Of a stretch of DNA of 29,232 bases, positions 26,009 to 29,232 are shown in pieces. A program made the translations under genes and the position numbers. The stretch is from positions 1 to 29,232 of the IMG/VR virus record IMGVR_UViG_3300030116_000681; one strand, written 5' to 3'. The notes beneath the pieces were generated by a model. It saw nothing but the letters and a program-made list of their open reading frames with translations, was not told where the DNA came from and ran no database searches. Position 1 is the stretch's first letter. Each line of letters opens with the position of its first letter. The DNA is from a virus. Its lineage: Duplodnaviria > Caudoviricetes.

Positions 26009-27384
26009 TGGAAGAAGACGCACAAAATCCTGATTTACCAGTATCAACTGGAGGAGTCGGATTTGATGAGCAAACTCAAGCAGCTATTAATAATCAATCG
26101 CAGTCATCAGCAGTATCAGGTTCAGGATACAAAGGACACTATTTAAAACCAACACCTGAACAAGTATATTTTGATGGTAAGCATTATTACTGGCTATGGG
26201 ATGTATCTAATATTCTAGGACAAGAACCAGGCTCATCATGGATAGCATATAACGGTGGTTCAATATATAACCCAAATGGTTTTTCAAACACAGTAGATGA
26301 CCAACCAAGAGTTGGTCCTAGTGCTACAACTACAGCTCCAGGAACATTGATAGGAGATGAGTTACTTAAACTAAAAGATATATCTACAGCATTTAATTCA
26401 TTAGGTGATTGGAATCCAGGAGAAGGATTTGCTGCAAGAATAGAAATATATCAAGATGTAGCTCCTTGGTTTTTTAATGGAGTAGAACAAGAAGATGGAA
26501 CAATGGACTATCCAGGTATGTCATTACTTATGGATATGGTTGTTAATGGTGCTCAGATAGCAGAGGATGACCCAAGACTATTAGCAATACAAGCACCTTA
26601 TAACTTCGAAACAATTCAATATTTAAATTCAATGGGTAAGACAGGTTACTCTATTACAGGTAAACCAAATGCAAAACTAACAAACCTTAGAGCTACTAGG
26701 GAAAGTCAGTTAGAGCAAACATTTATATCCTTAGGTATTAATCCTAAAGAGTGGAAGATGGAAAATCCTGAGGACTGGTCAGCATTAACAGAAGTACATA
26801 CTATGGGTGTAGTAGGACAAGCAGAGTCTAAGAACTTCGTTGGTTTCGTTGTAGGAATTGAGGGATATGATATAGATTCTTCTAGTCCTTACTATGAAAG
26901 ATTTACTTCTGCTGCTGACAGATTAGGTAATGATAATTTAGGTTTTGATATATCAGACTTTATTAATTCAAATAAAGCTGAAAGACGAGGTATACAATAT
27001 CTAGGTGCATTTGGTTATAATAATTTATCAGCAGAGCAGAAAGCTTCAGTAGCAAGAATATATTCACAAGAAGGTGAAGATGCTGGAGACTCTTATCTAC
27101 AAAACATATTTGATAATCATCCTATTTATGGTGATAAGTATGGAGGTAAAGGATTAAACTTTGCTAGTATAATACAACCATATGTTAGTTTATATACTTC
27201 TGTATTTGGAGAAGCACCTGATATGATGGATTTAGATTTTGCAGAAGCACCTACAATGACTTATCAAGAAGCAGGTAAAGCATTTAGGACTAAAGCTTAT
27301 AATGAGAACAATACGTTTTATGCACAAAACGTTGCAGCTAGTTTAAATAAAGCTTTAGGTGGACCAGTAATTAGAGGATTGTAA
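26008..27384 (+). CDS. Hypothetical acidic virion protein
   Basis: TAATG couplings at both ends; structural operon context. Confidence 0.7.
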   Translation: MEEDAQNPDLPVSTGGVGFDEQTQAAINNQSQSSAVSGSGYKGHYLKPTPEQVYFDGKHYYWLWDVSNILGQEPGSSWIAYNGGSIYNPNGFSNTVDDQPRVGPSATTTAPGTLIGDELLKLKDISTAFNSLGDWNPGEGFAARIEIYQDVAPWFFNGVEQEDGTMDYPGMSLLMDMVVNGAQIAEDDPRLLAIQAPYNFETIQYLNSMGKTGYSITGKPNAKLTNLRATRESQLEQTFISLGINPKEWKMENPEDWSALTEVHTMGVVGQAESKNFVGFVVGIEGYDIDSSSPYYERFTSAADRLGNDNLGFDISDFINSNKAERRGIQYLGAFGYNNLSAEQKASVARIYSQEGEDAGDSYLQNIFDNHPIYGDKYGGKGLNFASIIQPYVSLYTSVFGEAPDMMDLDFAEAPTMTYQEAGKAFRTKAYNENNTFYAQNVAASLNKALGGPVIRGL

Positions 27385-28478
27385 TGGCACAAGTAATAGT
27401 TTATACAGCAGATGGTAAATTCAGTACAACAGCTAATGATGAAAAAAGACCAGGTGAAACAAGGTCTGAGTTAGAAAGATTATTAGCAGGAGATATTGCT
27501 GGAAGAGAAGGTTACAAAGGTGGTTCTTTAACTAAACCTGATGTTTCAGCACCTGATGCCCAAGAGCAACAAAATCTTAACACAGTTACAGATAACAATG
27601 CTGTAGTACAAACACTAGAACAAACTAGAGTTCTTTTACCATACTTAACAAAGCTTGACCCTAAAAGAGGAGAAGCTTTAATTAGAGCATATACAGAAGG
27701 ATTTAATGAAACAGGTAAAGCAGAGTTTGCATTAGCTTCTATGAGAGCAGCTCCTGAATATGATGAAATGTTTACAGGAATAAAAAGAGCTGATGGTTCT
27801 TTAAGACTTACAGAAGCACAATACTTACAAAACAAAGAAGCTGTCATTATACATTTGAATGAAGCTGGATTAGGTGGATATGCTAAAACAAAAATAGATG
27901 CATTGTTTCCTACATTGTTAGAAGGTAATGTTTCTCCTAATGAATTTAAAACTAGATTAGATACAGTTAGAAAAGGTATTACTAACTTAGATGCAGAGCT
28001 AAAACAAAATGTTATGTCACAGTATCAACAATACTTTGAATCCGAATTAGGTGAATCACTTCCTGTGACAGAAGAAGTATTGCTAGCCATAGCTATAGAC
28101 CCTGAAGCTACAAGCGATATTATTGGTGAAAGACTTAAAGTAGCAAACATAGGTGCAAGATTTCAAATATCTACAGGAGAAGAACTTACAGCAGACCAAG
28201 CAACTATGTTTATTTCTGCAGGTTTAGCTCCTACAAAAGCTACACCATTGTTTGAAACTGCTGCAGCTAGAGCATTGACTGCATCAAGACTTGCAAGAAG
28301 ATTTAATCGTGACCAACAATATACAGCAGTACAATTAGCTCAAGCAGAAGTAACAAAAGATTTTGAAACACAACAAGAATTATCTAGATTATCTGCACAA
28401 GCAGCATCTGAATCTGCTGTAGCAATGGGTGCAGCAAAAACTAAAGGTGGAGCAGTAACTGGCTTGACAGAAGGATAA
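27384..28478 (+). CDS. Hypothetical Ala-rich helical virion protein
   Basis: AGAGGA SD, TAATG coupling; last gene before the capsid promoter. Confidence 0.7.
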   Translation: MAQVIVYTADGKFSTTANDEKRPGETRSELERLLAGDIAGREGYKGGSLTKPDVSAPDAQEQQNLNTVTDNNAVVQTLEQTRVLLPYLTKLDPKRGEALIRAYTEGFNETGKAEFALASMRAAPEYDEMFTGIKRADGSLRLTEAQYLQNKEAVIIHLNEAGLGGYAKTKIDALFPTLLEGNVSPNEFKTRLDTVRKGITNLDAELKQNVMSQYQQYFESELGESLPVTEEVLLAIAIDPEATSDIIGERLKVANIGARFQISTGEELTADQATMFISAGLAPTKATPLFETAAARALTASRLARRFNRDQQYTAVQLAQAEVTKDFETQQELSRLSAQAASESAVAMGAAKTKGGAVTGLTEG

Positions 28479-28481
28479 ATC

Positions 28482-28490
28482 TGCTATACT
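28482..28490 (+). promoter_or_regulatory. Extended -10 promoter TGcTATACT for scaffold/capsid genes
   Basis: Shares CTGCTATA with the 10861 promoter; TTGACA at 28464-28469 but with a short 15-nt spacer. Confidence 0.65.
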
Positions 28491-28495
28491 AGATG

Positions 28496-28640
28496 TAGTG
28501 CCTGGCAGGATTCGGCACACTAAATATAGGGCTGCAAATCGGTAACACCGCCAAGGTGTGTTATCTGTCATTCGTAAACCCTTGCGTAAAATCCCTTTAA
28601 TTACCTAGCGATTATGTATATGGGATATTTATATGCTAGA
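28496..28640 (+). promoter_or_regulatory. Structured 5' leader of the scaffold/capsid operon
   Basis: gtgcc/ggcac (28498-28518), ggtaacac/gtgttatc (28541-28565), aggg/ccct (28528-28582), ctagc/gctag (28606-28639). Confidence 0.55.
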
Positions 28641-28656
28641 GAAGATGGAGAAAATA

Positions 28657-29139
28657 ATGGAAGAAAATACACAAATGGAAAATACTACAGATGAAGTTGT
28701 AGATGAATCTACAGACGGAATCAAACAACTTAGAGAAGAGTATAAAAAGCTTAAGGCTGAGAACAAACAGTTCAAGGCTAATGCTATGGATAATGCTTTA
28801 AGTTCTTTAGGACTACAAGCAGATAAAGGTATAGGAAAAGCTGTTACTAAACTCTATGATGGTGAAGTCACAGTAGATGCAATTAAGGAGTTTGTTGCTC
28901 AAGAGTTTGGAGAAGTTAGTAGTTCTGAACAACCTAGTGCAACTCCTGAAGTAACTAACAATGTAGTAGAAGCTCAATCTAGAGTTGAGCAATTAAATAA
29001 AATTGGTGTAAATGCTGAACCTGTTGATATATCACAAGAGTTCAGAAAATTCGTTACAAACTCTAACGCAAAACCAAGAGATACTATCAACGCTAAATTG
29101 CGTATGTTAGATACTCTTAAAGAACAAGACAAAAGATAA
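28657..29139 (+). CDS. Capsid scaffolding protein
   Basis: Acidic N-terminus then coiled coil (IKQLREEYKKLKAENKQF); directly before MCP; GGAG 6 nt before ATG 28657. Confidence 0.75.
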   Translation: MEENTQMENTTDEVVDESTDGIKQLREEYKKLKAENKQFKANAMDNALSSLGLQADKGIGKAVTKLYDGEVTVDAIKEFVAQEFGEVSSSEQPSATPEVTNNVVEAQSRVEQLNKIGVNAEPVDISQEFRKFVTNSNAKPRDTINAKLRMLDTLKEQDKR

Positions 29140-29158
29140 TTTATAGGAGAAGATAAAA

Positions 29159-29232
29159 ATGGCAGAAATATCGTTAACAAACAGTACGATTTATGCACAA
29201 AACATTAATAACTTCACTGGTGAATTGTTCAA
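29159..29232 (+). CDS. Major capsid protein, 5' end (MAEISLTNSTIYAQNINNFTGELF…)
   Basis: AGGAG SD; position after the scaffold; N-x-x-GELF recalls actinophage MCP N-termini; truncated by the window edge. Confidence 0.7.
   Translation, partial: MAEISLTNSTIYAQNINNFTGELF

Noticed and set aside
28498-28570. HDV-like/theta ribozyme
   Set aside because: No room for P3/L3 within the first stem and no adjacent tRNA.
12-29198. Opposite-strand ORFs in the track (e.g. 12-377, 5554-5967, 8009-8473, 13523-13978, 20269-20736) and out-of-frame overlaps (452-637, 11890-12084)
   Set aside because: Shadows of real genes with no SD or motifs and Ser/Phe/Leu-rich antisense composition.
1-29232. Stop-codon reassignment
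   Set aside because: Long ORFs are intact in code 11, and TAA, TAG and TGA all end genes at sensible junctions.

Overview
AT-rich (roughly one-third G+C by eye) dsDNA tailed-phage genome segment, probably podovirus-like. A low-GC actinobacterial host is plausible but inferred (r1t-like holin, AGAAAGGA-type Shine-Dalgarno (SD) sites, leaderless promoters, MCP N-terminus). Layout: end of a + strand lysis module (1-1211); a - strand early module (1268-10012) with an ssDNA-annealing-like protein, metallophosphoesterase, MoxR AAA+/VWA pair and zinc-finger ORFs but no recognisable DNA polymerase, helicase or primase; a divergent non-coding control region (~10013-10897); then a + strand late arm with a PD-(D/E)xK nuclease, about ten tiny mostly basic ORFs, terminase with an N-terminal Zn-finger/HTH, portal, large putative internal virion proteins, lytic transglycosylase, scaffold and the start of the major capsid gene. 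The strongest unexplained signals are RNA-level: a ~370-nt tandem array of long - strand hairpins (8407-8771), and a - strand hairpin at 11412-11460 that presents an anti-SD loop directly behind a palindromic bidirectional -10 box. A SLOG domain split by a helical insert lies inside the 2229-aa protein. All calls come from manual reading; no searches or folding programs were run.
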